64,000 nt of DNA, taken from the NCBI GenBank assembly GCA_963693365.1, contig CAVNZM010000014.1:7130001-7194000 (forward strand). The letters are read 5' to 3'. The first letter of the stretch is position 1; each line of letters opens with the position of its first letter. This stretch comes from Amoebidium appalachense. Its lineage: Eukaryota > Protista > Ichthyosporea. Below, one piece after another: positions 29,710 through 44,330 of the stretch. Position numbers and translations under genes: made by a program. A model generated the notes under the pieces. That model saw only the letters and a list, made by a program, of their open reading frames with translations. It searched no databases and was not told where the DNA came from.

Positions 29710-30236
29710 CTGTGATACATCAGATTAATCTTCAGCCCCATAACCTGCATTGCTGCCGAGAGCCATCATATGTGGTCTATCACTTTGGTGTGCTTTCATG
29801 ACAGACTGTAGTACATCTTACAACTTGGCAAGGGTTTTCAGGATGATCTCTTCAATAGCCTAGTTGCATTTGAATTATACTAGAGCCTTGCCTGTGACCA
29901 CATTTGTGCAAATTTGTTTGAATATCGTATGGTTGAATACAGCAGAGAAAGGGATTGTTGAACACAGCAGCGGAATGTGTAGAGGGATTCCAAGGGAAGC
30001 CTTGAGATGAGGATTGACTGTGTGGAAAGGTTCATTTGTGGGGTGGGGGGGGGGGGGTAATTGGAACAACAATGATTGCTGGTGGCTCGGCTACATTTGG
30101 GTTGGGAATATTTGGTTCAAACCCATGTGTCACAGACTGCACTGCTTACGAGAACTTCAAGTAAAACGACCCACTTGTGCACTGTTGGCCCTGACCCGGC
30201 CCACTTACAAACCTCAATTTCAAGCAGTGCACCCAC

Positions 30237-30306
30237 CTGGTCTGATCGGTAATCCTTCGAGCCATCAGACTGCCCCTGATGGACTGGTGTCTTGGGTGAC
30301 TTCTTC
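30237..30306 (-). CDS. Probable SET gene exon (KKSPKTPVHQGQSDGSKDYRSDQ); acceptor uncertain
   Basis: Open frame ending at a cag|gtgggt donor; the 5' boundary is not resolved. Confidence 0.45.
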
Positions 30307-30339
30307 TTCAACGCCAAGAGGGGGAAAACTAGGTTAGTC

Positions 30340-30393
<54 letters not shown>

Positions 30394-30416
30394 CAGTGTG
30401 TGTGCATGTGTGTGCA

Positions 30417-30448
<32 letters not shown>

Positions 30449-30987
30449 CACGTGTGCGTGTGTGCATGCGTGCGTGTGTGCCATGTTCGTGTGTGTGTGC
30501 CAGTGTCACAGTGTGTGCCAGCGTGTTGGAGGACTGGGCGTGGCAGTTGCGGGGGTTGGGGGGGGGTTGGGAGGAGGGGGGGGGGAAGGGGGAGAGTGTG
30601 TGAGAGTAGTACTCCTCAAAAGTTTAGACTACCATGGACTAACGGTTGTGTGTGAAAGTGTGTGGCCATTGTGCTGCTTCTTGTCAAGGGGTCTGTGTCT
30701 ATTTCCTGTTATTTTTTGCTTGTATGTTGGTTTAGGCGGCAGTGGAAAGTGACAGAATTCAGATGTTGTTATATGTATCTCTGCATTCAACTTAACAGTT
30801 GTTGAACTGCTTCTCATCATGTGTGTGTGTGCATGTCGGTCACAGTGTTGTAATGCCTACATAGATGTGTAGGAGTGTTATGTGCATGTCGTGTGCCTTT
30901 CGAACTTTTGGAGAGTGCTACAGAGGAAAAGGATGAAGGTATTCGTCGAGGGGGGGGGGGGGGGGGAGGGTTTGGATTGACCCATAC

Positions 30988-31056
30988 CTTTTTGGTCAAG
31001 CTTTCGGTTGGCCTAGTAGGAACTCGCTGCCTTGCATGTTCGTGCTCCTCCTGCGT
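30988..31056 (-). CDS. SET gene exon (TQEEHEHARQRVPTRPTESLTKK)
   Basis: tgcag acceptor and gtatgg donor, 69 nt. Confidence 0.68.
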
Positions 31057-31179
31057 CTGCAAACAAGTCAACCAGGTCAACCAACCCACAGAGTTCACAG
31101 CACCGCAACACCATCACTCACAGCAGAATCTGGACTTTAATATCCCTGGGTATATTGTTCCTTAGAATTCAAAGCTAAC

Positions 31180-31211
<32 letters not shown>

Positions 31212-31571
31212 ACCACACACACACACACACGAACACACACACACACACGGTGACACACAGACACACCCTCTCGCACCTTTACTTTTTTTCCTTTTCCCTC
31301 CCGCACTCTCTTTCCCGTGCGTCATCATGGCCACAATCCCAGCCTTTTTTTGTGCGTGCCACCTCTCATATAAATATAGCAAGTGGTCTGCATTATTAAC
31401 CCTGGGAAGCAGGGAGCATTGTTATCCGTAGCCTGAGCAAATTACACCACGAGTCATCAGTGCCCAAAAGCGGTTTTAAAACCTGATGCAGAATTTATCA
31501 TGTTTCATGCAAACCCGGCCCCTCCTCCTTTATCTCATTTTTCTCAGCAACGAGCACGCTGGCAGGCTTAC

Positions 31572-31676
31572 CAAGAGGTCTCGCTGTGCGTCCTCCCATG
31601 GGCTGTCGTCTCTGAACCGGAGCGAATGTTCCCCCGGATCATCATCCTCAGATCCACCATCCCCTTCGTCACCAAC
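31572..31676 (-). CDS. SET gene exon (VGDEGDGGSEDDD...WEDAQRDLL)
   Basis: Weak aag acceptor and gtaagc donor, 105 nt. Confidence 0.62.
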
Positions 31677-32146
31677 CTTCCCCAGTGGCATTGTAAGTCA
31701 TTTGCCAGACCATCCTTGTGCCAACACAGCAGCGTGAATCGAAAAAGCAAGCTACAGATATTAAATATGCACTATGGGTGGTTTCTTACACAGGTGGCGC
31801 CCTCGGCAATACTGACCATTTACGACAGTGCTTGCGCTGAATTTCTGAGCCAATCGGCGCAAGGCAGGTCTTTGGGATGTGATTGGTTGGCGGGTTGACT
31901 CTCACAGTCAGTTTCTAAGCAAGGCAAACAATTCCTATGTAGATTTCCCATTTCCGGCCAACCATATGACTGCAAAAAGTCGCTTGGCAATCTAAGAAAA
32001 AAGAGCCTACCATACCTGCAAACAGACAACAACAAAGAAAACAAGGGGAGAAATAGAGCATAGATCGGGCCTCTACAAAGCTTCCCGGCTCTTGGGGGAC
32101 GGGAGGAGGGGGGGGGGGGGGGGGTGGGAGGTCAGTGCAGGCATAC

Positions 32147-32185
32147 CTCTTGTTCCTCCTGTGGGCTAAAGTCTTCTTCACCGTC
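32147..32185 (-). CDS. 39-nt acidic micro-exon, copy 3 (DGEEDFSPQEEQE)
   Basis: tttctccag acceptor and gtatgc donor, phase 0/0; paralogous to the copies at 33647 and 35577. Confidence 0.7.
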
Positions 32186-32370
32186 CTGGAGAAACATTAG
32201 GTAAGTGATTTTCTGATTATTCTATGAACATGACAATCCAATAAAAATGATGAGCGCCATTTGGTGCCTGTGTGTGTTCATGTGTTTCTGTGCATGTGTG
32301 TCTGTATGTTTTGCGGTAAGTTGTTTCTGTGTATGAGTGTCTGTGCGTGTGTGTGTATGTATGCCGTGTG

Positions 32371-32480
<110 letters not shown>

Positions 32481-32570
32481 TGTGTGTATGTATTTATGTG
32501 TGGTGTGTGTGTTGTCTGTCTGTGTGTGTGTGTGTGGGTGGCTGTTGTCTGTGTGGGTGTGTGTGTCTTA

Positions 32571-32624
<54 letters not shown>

Positions 32625-33646
32625 TGTGTGTGTGTGTGTGTGTGTGCATTTCAAGTTGTGTGTGTATGTGTGTGTGTGTGTGTGTGTTCTCGCGCGCGTA
32701 AGGCACAAAGGTGGAGATGGTTGCATGTGTCATGTTAAATAGAGTTTGTGTTTCTGTGTGTGCAGGTCACTGTGTGTATGCGCATAGCATACATTTGTTT
32801 CATGGTTTTCGTGGTTTTGAGTGAGTGCATGTCATGTCATGCACCCTTAGCTCAAGTAGAGAGAGCGCGATAAAGGTAGAAAGAGTCAGAGGAGAGAGAG
32901 AGAGACGGAGAGGGGGGAGGGTGGGGGAGATAGCTCTTGAGAGAGAGAGGGAAAGGGAGAAGGAGAGGGGGGGGGAGGAAGGGGGGGGGGGGGGGGGGGA
33001 GGGGTGCAGGGAGGCAGGAGGGGAGGGAGGGGAGGGGGGAGGGGGGAGGGAGGGGCTGGAGGAATGGGAGAGAGAGAGAGATGGTGGGTGGGAGAGGGAA
33101 ATTTGCGTAATGGCCACACATTTAGCTTGAACATGTTGCCCTCCATCTTCTTATTTCTTGTTGTTCTATAACACGGTGCTCATACCTGTGCAGAAGTTAA
33201 CTAAAGGCTGTAAAAGGGTGTATTTCAAGTACAAGCTGGGGAAAGACAAATGCTATATTAATGATTATGCAGACTGTCAAAAGCATTCAAATAAAAACAA
33301 CCAGTGTGGTTATCAAAACACCTGCACCACCCGGTGCCGACACACCTACCCTCCCCCCCCCCCCCCCCCCCCTCCCCCCCCCCCCCCACCCCCACCCCCT
33401 CCTCCCCTTCCTCCTTTCTCTCCCCCGGCTACCACAGCGCCAGAACAAAAGGAGGAAACATATAGAACAAATGTGAGAAAGACAGCCCAGGCTGAGGACC
33501 AGTGGCTCAACCAACTGCCCTAAGCGTTGATGTCCCCGAAGTGCATGGAAAAGGGGCATTGAATATAAGACATAGTACTAGCAGGTTCAAGTTGCCTCCC
33601 CGTGAAGTGAGAGAGGGGGGGGGGGGGGGGTCTAGTGCAGGCATAC

Positions 33647-33685
33647 CTCGTCTTCCTGCTCACTGCATTCACCCTCGTCCTTGTC
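33647..33685 (-). CDS. 39-nt acidic micro-exon, copy 2 (DKDEGECSEQEDE)
   Basis: tttctccag acceptor and gtatgc donor, phase 0/0. Confidence 0.7.
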
Positions 33686-33821
33686 CTGGAGAAATAGAGA
33701 GTAAGTATTTGTCTAACTCGGCTTCTATACACATGATAGGCCGCTGCGGATGTCCAATGGCATATGCTGCCTGTGAACTATTTGAAGAATTTGTGACATC
33801 TTCTTGTCCAACTGCATTTGT

Positions 33822-33984
<163 letters not shown>

Positions 33985-34296
33985 CGGGGGGGACGGGGGA
34001 GGGGGGTGCAGTGTATGTGTGTGTGAGTGTGTGTGTGTGTGTGTGTGCATTCGCAAGAAACAGAGACAGAGATGGTTGCATGTACCATGCAAATAGAGAT
34101 GTGTGTTTCTGCGGGTGTGGATCATTGTGTGAATGTGCAGTGCATACATTTGTTTCACGGTGTAGATGGTAACGAGTGTGTGCATGTCACAAACTGTATG
34201 TTTGAGAGAGAGTCAGAGGGAGGTACAGAGAGAGAAGAAAAGCTGAAGAGAGAGAAAGACAGAGATATTGGGGGGAGGGAGGGCAGTGGGGGGGGG

Positions 34297-34521
<225 letters not shown>

Positions 34522-34600
34522 AGGGAAGGAAAGAGAGAGGGAGGGAGAGAAAGGGAGAGGGAGGGAGAGAAAGGGAGAGGGAGGGAAAGAGAGAGGGGGG

Positions 34601-34675
<75 letters not shown>

Positions 34676-34761
34676 GGCTGAAGAGAGAGGGAGAGAGACT
34701 GAGGGGGGGAGGGGGGTGGTGAGAGAGAGAGGGTAAGAGAGAGAGACAGACAGGGAGAGAG

Positions 34762-34832
<71 letters not shown>

Positions 34833-35537
34833 GGGAGGGAGGGAGAGAGAGAGAGAAAGTGAGAGAGAGAAAGAGAGAGAGAGAAGGAAGAAGAGGGTAA
34901 GGGGGGAGGAAGAGAGAGGCGGCGGGGGGGGGGGGGGGGGGGGGGAGGGGGGAGGGGCTGGGGGATTTGGGTGGGGGTGGAGGAGGAGGAGGAGGGGGGG
35001 GTTTGAATGCGGAACACAGTACGAAGTACGCATACACGATGAGAAGCATGGTGCAGGACACATGCAAAGGCAAACATTCAACTATGCAGCATCAGCCATG
35101 CGCGGAGGAGGAGGGGGGGGGGGAGGGGGGGGGATGGACCCGCGGGAGAGGAGAGAGAGAGAGAGAGAGATGGTAGGTGGGAGAGATATTTGAGAGAAAG
35201 CGACACTCGGAGAGAGGGAAAAAGTGAGATACAGGGGGGGGGGGGGGGAGGGGGGGGGGGAAGAGGCGTGAGTGTGTGAGAGAGGGAGGTAGAGAGAAAG
35301 AAATGCTCAAGAGAGAGAAAAAGATAAAGAGCGGGCGAGGGGGGACGGGGAGTGAGAGGGGGCGGGTTGGAGAGGTTGGGGGAGGGAGGGAGGGAGGGAG
35401 GGAGGGAGGGAGGGAGGGAGGGAGGGAGGGAGGGAGGGAGGGAGGGAGGGAGGGAGGGAGGGAGGGAGGGAGGGAGGGAGGGAGGGAGGGAGGGAGGGAG
35501 GGAGGGAGGGAGGGAGGGAGGGAGGGAGGGGAGGGAG

Positions 35538-35571
<34 letters not shown>

Positions 35572-35576
35572 AATAC

Positions 35577-35615
35577 CTCGTCTTCCTCCTCACTGTCTTC
35601 ACTCTCTTGATTGTC
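35577..35615 (-). CDS. 39-nt acidic micro-exon, copy 1 (DNQESEDSEEEDE)
   Basis: tttctccag acceptor and gtatta donor, phase 0/0. Confidence 0.7.
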
Positions 35616-35749
35616 CTGGAGAAATAGAGAGTAAGTGTTTGCCTGACTCAGCTTCTATACACACGATAGGCTGCTGCGGATGTTCAATCGCAAGTGCTGT
35701 CCGTGAACTATTTGCAATGTCTGCAGTGCATTTGTGTGACTATTGCCGT

Positions 35750-36334
35750 TGAGGGCACCCGCAACTGGTAAATATATAAAAATATATGTAAATATATATA
35801 AATATATGTATATATATATATAAATATATATATAAATATATATAAATATATGTAAATAGATGTTAACATATACTGATTATTGTGACTATCACACTGGAAA
35901 CTCATGGAATAAGTAACTTAATATCATTAGTAAACGGGTACATATAAACATACATATATAACATTATGAAGCTCTGCACCGGGGAAGTTGCTACAGGCTC
36001 GTGATCGAGAATGGCACAGCCTGTGCCACACACGTTCAATATCGGACCAATCAAACATCGCTGAGTCCGACTCTGCCACGATCCGTATCGTGTGTCGTGG
36101 TCAAGAGTGGCTCAGCCTGTGCCACTCTTGACTGTTATTATGCAACTCACCCAGTATGCCCCAATATATATGTACGATATACGAAAGATGATATCGGGCT
36201 ATATATGAATACATATGAATATATATAAACATAAATAAACATATGTAAATATATACAAAAATATAAAGATATACAAATATATATAAATGTATGTAAATAT
36301 ATATAAATATATACCGGTTGTGGGCGACCCCTCA
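35750..36334. mobile_element. MITE-like element with terminal inverted repeats and AT-rich subterminal repeats
   Basis: The left end TGAGGGCACCCGCAACTGGTAAATAT matches the reverse complement of the right end, TGAGGGGTCGCCCACAACCGGTATATAT. ATATATGTAAAT-type arrays lie inside both ends. Confidence 0.6.
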
Positions 36335-36717
36335 TTGTTGGCGGGAATGTCACATGATGGAAGGTCATCCGGGATAAAAGATGATGTGTGTTTGTGAGCA
36401 AGGAGGTTGGAGGTGGGTGGGTGGCTTTTAGTATTTGTGTGCATGTGTGTAACCCAAAAGAAGGCAACCAGTGTGGAACCCAAACACCCAGTGCTACCAA
36501 TCCCCTCCCCCTACCCCAGCTCCGCGCCTGCCACGTCCAACCCCAGTACTTTTATAAAAAGGGGAAAAACTCTTAGCAAGGAAACCTTCTTGTGTTTGCT
36601 CTGGGTATGAGCCTGTGGATGTGCAGGCATGCAATCGAGCCACCTAGAGCGAGAGAGAGGGGATGTGTGTGTATGTGGGCATGAGGGGGGGGGGGGGGGA
36701 ATGGTGTGAGTTACCGA

Positions 36718-36758
<41 letters not shown>

Positions 36759-36873
36759 GGGGGGGGAGAGAGAGAGAGGGGGGGGGGGGGAGAGAGAGAG
36801 AGAGAGACTCGGAGAGCAGAGAGAGAGAGAGGGGGGGGGGGGGGAGAGAGAGAGCGTACCAAAGAGAGCGAGA

Positions 36874-36907
<34 letters not shown>

Positions 36908-36989
36908 GTGTGAGCGTGCGAGAGAGGAAGGGGGGGGGGGGGGGGGGGGGGAGAGAGAGAGAGAGAGAGAGTGCGTGCGTGCGTGCGTT

Positions 36990-37040
<51 letters not shown>

Positions 37041-37360
37041 TAGAGAGATAGAGCGAGCGAGAGGAAGAAAAAGAGAGAGCGGAACGAGAGCCTCCGGGAG
37101 AGAGAGAGTAGAGAGAGCCTCGGCGAGAGCGTGTGTATAAGTATATATAATCTTCGTATGTGGGTGCATGTGTGCGGCATGTGTGCATGTGCGCACAAGA
37201 TTGATGGAAGGTTGGATGACTTTTAGTATTAGTAGGTGTGCCTTGCTTGTGTGTGTGTGCCAGCTGACATATGTAAGTGTGTGTGTGTGCATAAGGTGTG
37301 TGTGTGTGTGTGTGTGTGCATGTGTGTGTGTGTGTATGTGTGCGCGTGTGTGTGCATGTG

Positions 37361-37403
<43 letters not shown>

Positions 37404-37593
37404 CCTGCGTGCGTGCGTGCGTGCGTGCGTGCATTCGCGCGTGCGTGCGTGCAGGCGGGCGGGCGGGCGGGCGGGCGGGCGGGCGGGCGGGCGGGCATGC
37501 ATGCTTGCATGCGTGAGTGCGTGCGTGCGTGTGTGCGTGCGTGCGTGCATGCGTGCGTGCGTGCGTGCATGTGTGCGTGTGGCCTATTTCTGG

Positions 37594-37626
<33 letters not shown>

Positions 37627-38886
37627 TGTGTGCGTGGCCATGAAACCGTGTGTGTGTGCGTGTGTACGCAGACAGAGAGAGAGAAAGAGAGAGAGTGTGT
37701 GTGTGAGAGAGAGGTTGTGAGGGAGGGACAAGGAGATTTCAGGGAGATCGAGGTGTGAAAGAGAGCAATAGAGGAAGAGAGTGTGTGAGCAAGAGAGGGG
37801 GGGGGGGGGGATGGAGTGAGACTGAGTGAGTGCGAGTGTGAGAGAGAGAGGGGGAGAGGGGGGAAGGGGGAGAGGGGGAGAGGAGAGTGAGAGGGGGGGG
37901 CACGAGGGAGAGGCGGAGAAAGAAGGAGAGAGAGAGAGAGAGAGAGACAGAGGGAGAAGGCGTTGGAGAGAGAGAGAGAGAGAGAGAGAGAAACAGAAGC
38001 ATAAGACAGCGAGTGTAGGATAGATGCAAGTGTGTGTGTGTGTGTGCCTTTGCGTGTGTTGGCAAACATGTCAATACATGAGTGCGGGGGTTTGTGTGCG
38101 TCTGTGTTTGTGTTTCACTGAGAGTGTGTGTGTGTGTTTAAGACTCTAAATATTGTTTGGCGTGCTTGCTTGCGTGGGTACCACCGTAGGTGGGTGCGTG
38201 CATACGTGTGTGAGTGTGTGCATGTGTTTGTGCGCGTGTGTGCGTGTATGTGTGTGCCCCTGCAACCGTGTGTATGTGTGGGCTTGAAATTCAACTTGTT
38301 TGCGGGGATGCATGTACACGGTTGGTTCACTTTTTTAAAAGTATGTATGATCCTGCTCCGGATGGCTGAATGGATCTGGGTGTTTGTGCACATGTCTCAG
38401 GTGTGTCTAAGCAAGAATTTGGTTTGAGAACCAACCAGAGTGACCCTTTTATGCCCAAGAACCAATCCTGTTGTTCACTTATCCGAATCCCCCCTCCCCC
38501 CTCTCCCCCCTCCATCATCACGCCTGAACTCTCCCTCTTCCCGCCCCCTGCCTCCTGCCCTTTCCAACACTCCTCCCGCTTCATCCCACCCTCCCCAACC
38601 ATGGGCTCTTGCAAGTGCAGATGTTTCAAAGTTGTGCCGCTGCACCACTAACCCTCCCCGACACCCATACCCTCTCTCCACTCCCCCTCTCCCCTCCCCT
38701 CCCCCCCTTCCCCCCGCCCCCCTATAGTCACGACTTTTAGCTTTCCATAATTTTTGTTTAATATTTGGGAATGGATGGGTGAGGTGGACGGGGGGAGGGG
38801 GAGGGGGGGGGGGGGGGAGGGGGGAGGGGGCTGCTGAGAAGACAACACCTCGCGAGGATGCCTGCTCCTTGCATATTATCCCCCCC

Positions 38887-38920
<34 letters not shown>

Positions 38921-39400
38921 TGACACTTATAAGAGTGCCAATATGCACCAAAAACAGACTTTGTATTTTGGAATTTTAACACTTCACACTGATCCAAAGC
39001 CCTTATCAACCCTATGTCACTTGAAATGAAGGCTATTTTTCCCCCCCTGCTATATTGAGATGTACTGTTTGTTTGTTAGCGACGCCCAAACTTCATTTAT
39101 TCGTGTGTTTCTTTTAATCTCTGATGGATTAAGTTTTTCACCAGATGATATTGGATTCAAGGTTGGAAATACACCAATCATCAAATCCATGTGGTCCCAG
39201 AATGAACGTTGACTATAGATATAGATTGTGTGCTAGCCATTGGATAACAAAGTTAAGTAAATGAATCGATTATATGTGAACATTAACTTTACGTGTCTTC
39301 TCGTGGAAAATAGATGTTTGATTTAGGGAGAACAGAGCCTTGAAGTGTTTGTTACGTGTCCGTTTACTTTAAGGCAGATGTCAAGTAACAGGTAGGGAAG

Positions 39401-39437
<37 letters not shown>

Positions 39438-39821
39438 GGGGGGGGGGGGGGGGGGGAACCTGGAATGACCCGAAGATTTTCTGCTTCTCTGGGTCGAGCA
39501 CACCTTGACGTTCCGAGATTTTTCTGCATGGGATTTTGCTGTTATTGCCATACTATATTCAGAATCTAACGAAGTAAATGCCTATGCTCTGTGGCTAGTG
39601 GCATTTATGCTTGACTCCAAGTGCTTCACAGTGAAAGGGGTTTACACACAATCAGGGTAGAGTCATAATGCAAAGTCGCTAAGAGCTGTAGGCTTCGAAC
39701 CATGTCAAAGCAAACCCATGAATCAGATGATACAACATCTTCTTTCAGGCTGTTGCCAATAAAGACTTGCTGTTTTTTTGTACTGATGTATGTCATGAGG
39801 CCTATGCAAGAGAACACTTAC

Positions 39822-39982
39822 CCTTTCTGCCGACTTTCAAACATGGTTTGCAAACCAGCGATCTGGTCGATGTGCTTGTTGACCGCCTCGAGCTTCTCTT
39901 CGAGGGCCGCGATCTCGCATGTAAGCTCTTCTTTGTAGTTTTTGGTCTTGTCAAGGTGCTCGATGAAAGCTCTTTCTTCTTT
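39822..39982 (-). CDS. SET gene exon, coiled-coil-like (KEERAFIEHLDKTKNYKEELTCEIAALEEKLEAVNKHIDQIAGLQTMFESRQK)
   Basis: tgcag acceptor and gtaagt donor, 161 nt, phase 0/2; heptad-like periodicity of hydrophobic residues. Confidence 0.72.
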
Positions 39983-40445
39983 CTGCAACAACATATGTAA
40001 ATGAAAATTTAGTGGTCCCCTTTACTGAATGCACAGAGGATATGAGGTAAGCCCGGGCAAAATGTGTGAGTTTGTGTGTGTGTGTTTGTGGGGCGGGGGG
40101 TGGGGGGATGGGGAGGGGCGGGGAAGAGGGGGGGGGGGGGGGGGGCGCGGGGGTGCGGGAGGCCTGCTCTTTACACTATTTTATCTTCACATCATGTTTT
40201 GCTACATGTGCACGGGGTTTATTTTTTAGGGGGAGGGGAAAGGGGCTCTGGGGAGGGGAGGGAAGGGGGAGGGGGGAGGGGGGGGGATATAGTGCTTCGT
40301 GTTCAATCCCCCCCCCCCCCCCCCCGGGAAGGGGAGGAGGGGCAAAGGGGGAGGGGGGAGGGGGGAGGGGGGAAGCAATATATCTCGAGCACTGACTGTT
40401 TCCCTCCCCCCTCCCTCCCCCTCCCCCTTCTCCCCCTCTCCCCCC

Positions 40446-40476
<31 letters not shown>

Positions 40477-40731
40477 AAAAAAAAAAAAAGCCTAAAAAAT
40501 TGGGTCTGGCCCAACCCGGCACCATAAAGAACCCCCAGAAATATATAAGTATAGGTATGAGATCTTTAACATTAGCTGTGACGTACCCTCCCCTCCCCCC
40601 TCCATTGTTAAGAAGACCCAAGGATTGGTCGACGCTCGTGGTAATAAGGCGGCACGGCACGTTTGAACGTGATCCTATAAAAAAAAATGGACTAGTAATA
40701 ACCGAGTACCAACTTCAAGTGCAAGTAAAAC

Positions 40732-40854
<123 letters not shown>

Positions 40855-41174
40855 CGCTCTCTTTCTCTCTCTCTCTCTCTCTCTCTGTGCGTGTATGTAC
40901 AGTGTGTGTTGTGTCACTGTTTGTGTGTACATGAGTGTACCCAAACGTGTGTGGTGTGCTTGTTTCGTTCAGAGTGTGCTCGTTGTATGAGGGAGTGAAG
41001 TGTGTGTGTGTGCGTGTATGTGTGCGCGTGTGTGTGCGTGCGTGCCACAGAATGTGTGTATGCTTATTTCTTTTTCCTCTAGCTCTGTCCTGTGTGTATT
41101 TGATGGCTTGGGTGTGTGGGAATTTGGTTATATTACGCGTCTGTGTATGTCCGTGCACGGCGGTGTGTGTGTAT

Positions 41175-41231
<57 letters not shown>

Positions 41232-42039
41232 TGCATGTTGGTGTTTGTGTGCTCTTTGGTGTCGGTGTGTGTGCCTGTGTGTGTGTGTGCGTCTGTGCGT
41301 GCGTGTGTTTGTGCTTGTGTGCAAGCGTGTGTGTGTGTGTGTGTGTGTTGGGTTGGGGGGAGGGGGGGGATGACACGGTGTAACCTGTTATGGTGAAGCC
41401 GGGGGGGGGGGGGGGGGGGGGGGTAGAATGTGTTGCATGGTACAAGGTACACAACTCACAACGCTGCAGAGGGAGACAGGGGTGGTGTTGGGGGGGGGGG
41501 GGGACCCACGGGGAGGGGGGAGGGGGGGGGAAGGGGGGGGGGGGGGGGAAGGGCTGCTTGGCCACTAATTCCCCCATGTTTCAGATAGGGCAAGCTTTTG
41601 TCCCTAGCTTTATTGTTCTGAGGAGTGTACGTAATTATGCCTGGAACTCGTTCAAATGATCCCGTGTAACCACTAACATAGTCTCGAATGTGGAAGTTAC
41701 AATGTGTAACATTGTTGGTATTTTTGAACGAGCTTCTGGAAGCTGCATTGATCAGTTGGTGCACGTGGCTTCTATTTTCAGTGTCGTCAGAGGGTGATCA
41801 ACCTAGCAGGGTCTAAAGGGCATAGGGAGTGCAGGACAAGAACATGCGTGCACATACATGGGGGAAATGTTTTTTTTTTTTTTTGTACAAAGTTTTATCT
41901 CCCCTTGCGCGTTTTTTTCTGACAGCCACTTGTTTTTAGTGTCTTTTGGTCTGGTTAAAGATTCTTTTCTATATATGTTCTCTCCCAGTTCCTTGATCTC
42001 TGTCATTCTTCCCTTCATATGGCTGCAGCCGCAACTTAC

Positions 42040-42066
42040 TTCTGCGTTTTTAGGGTTTTTTGAGCT
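42040..42066 (-). CDS. Probable second exon (SSKNPKNAE)
   Basis: tgcag acceptor and gtaagt donor, 27 nt. Confidence 0.5.
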
Positions 42067-42261
42067 CTGCAGTTATGAGGCAGCAAGAAAAACCAAGAAG
42101 CAAAAAACAAACCAAAACTTTGCATTATGCTTGCGGTGGATTAAAAAAAAAAACTCTGCGGGAATTACTTGTAAACCAGAACCCAGTCTGCCATAATTCC
42201 CAACTCGATGTCAAACCCGTTAAGTTTTTGTTACAATTGCAGCTTCAAAGTTTAAACTTAC

Positions 42262-42369
42262 CGATTCGCGGTGGTCATGGTCCTGTAGGCCCAGTTTTGC
42301 AGCCCAAGCTGCACACTTTTTGCAGCCATATTCTGTTTGTGGCCGCCCCATTTCAGATTTTACCGCCAT
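42262..42369 (-). CDS. Probable first coding exon (MAVKSEMGRPQTEYGCKKCAAWAAKLGLQDHDHRES)
   Basis: ATG at 42369 with an in-frame upstream stop, gtaagt donor, 108 nt. Carries a CxxC...HxH pattern. Confidence 0.58.
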
Positions 42370-42387
42370 AAATTAGACACATATTCA

Positions 42388-42623
42388 TTAACACTGCAAA
42401 TGCACGTATTTATAGAACAGTTACGATAGCAGAATTCTACGAAAACCAACCAACATCTGACAAAAGCTCAGCTACATACAGTACTCAAACAAAAGCGTCA
42501 CGAGTTAACACTGCAAATGCACTTAATTATAGAACAATTACGATAGCAGAATTCTACGAAAACAAACCAACATCTGACAAAAGCTCAGCTACAATACATG
42601 CAGTACTCAGACAAAAGCGTCAC
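42388..42623. repeat. ~117-bp tandem duplication immediately upstream of the SET gene ATG
   Basis: TTAACACTGCAAATGCAC...AAAAGCGTCAC at 42388-42501 and 42505-42623. Confidence 0.9.
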
Positions 42624-43262
42624 CTGGAGAAGTGGCTCTTACAATAGTGTTACGTACATAGTGAATGCCAGAGTGCATTCCAAAATGACTTGTAACCAAT
42701 CACAGTCGCCCGCCAAATGGACAACAATAAACCGTACCCAGGGGTTGTTAGGTAATGTCGTAATGAACATAATCCGGTGATTTTGATTCCCGCTCACTGT
42801 ATTCATTAGATGTTCAAGATTGGAAATAAGTCGTATACTTTGATGAAGTTACACCGTATTACAGCCCTGACTGCACGTTAACGTGTCACAAACAACGTAC
42901 AAGTACAGTGTACTGAACGGGTGACTCGCTGCCACGTGCGACCACTCAGTGGCCTCACTGCCGCCTTAGCCGCCGTTTGACCAAGTCTATTCACTCTATT
43001 TTTCACAGAGGGTATGACTTGGCACGAAATCAGTCGGCCGCCGCGGAGGAAATGTTTCGTCGCCTTGAAAAATGTCCACCTCAAATTTTAAAAAATCTAG
43101 CAGGTCGGACTCGTGTCTATCCATGGACAGCGCTTTTAGCATTTGATATAATTTGAGATTACCTGTGCTCGAAAATATTCGTGGTTGTTCCCCCCAAGGA
43201 GTTGGTCTCAACGTTTTTGTAAATTCAAATATCGAAGCTAGTGCGCACAGGTTACATGATGG

Positions 43263-44330
<1,068 letters not shown>

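Noticed and set aside
42900-43030. HTLCEK*...VAA as an intact PIN4 exon 3
   Set aside because: It has three in-frame stops, no proper acceptor and unmatched intervening residues. At best it is a decayed remnant.
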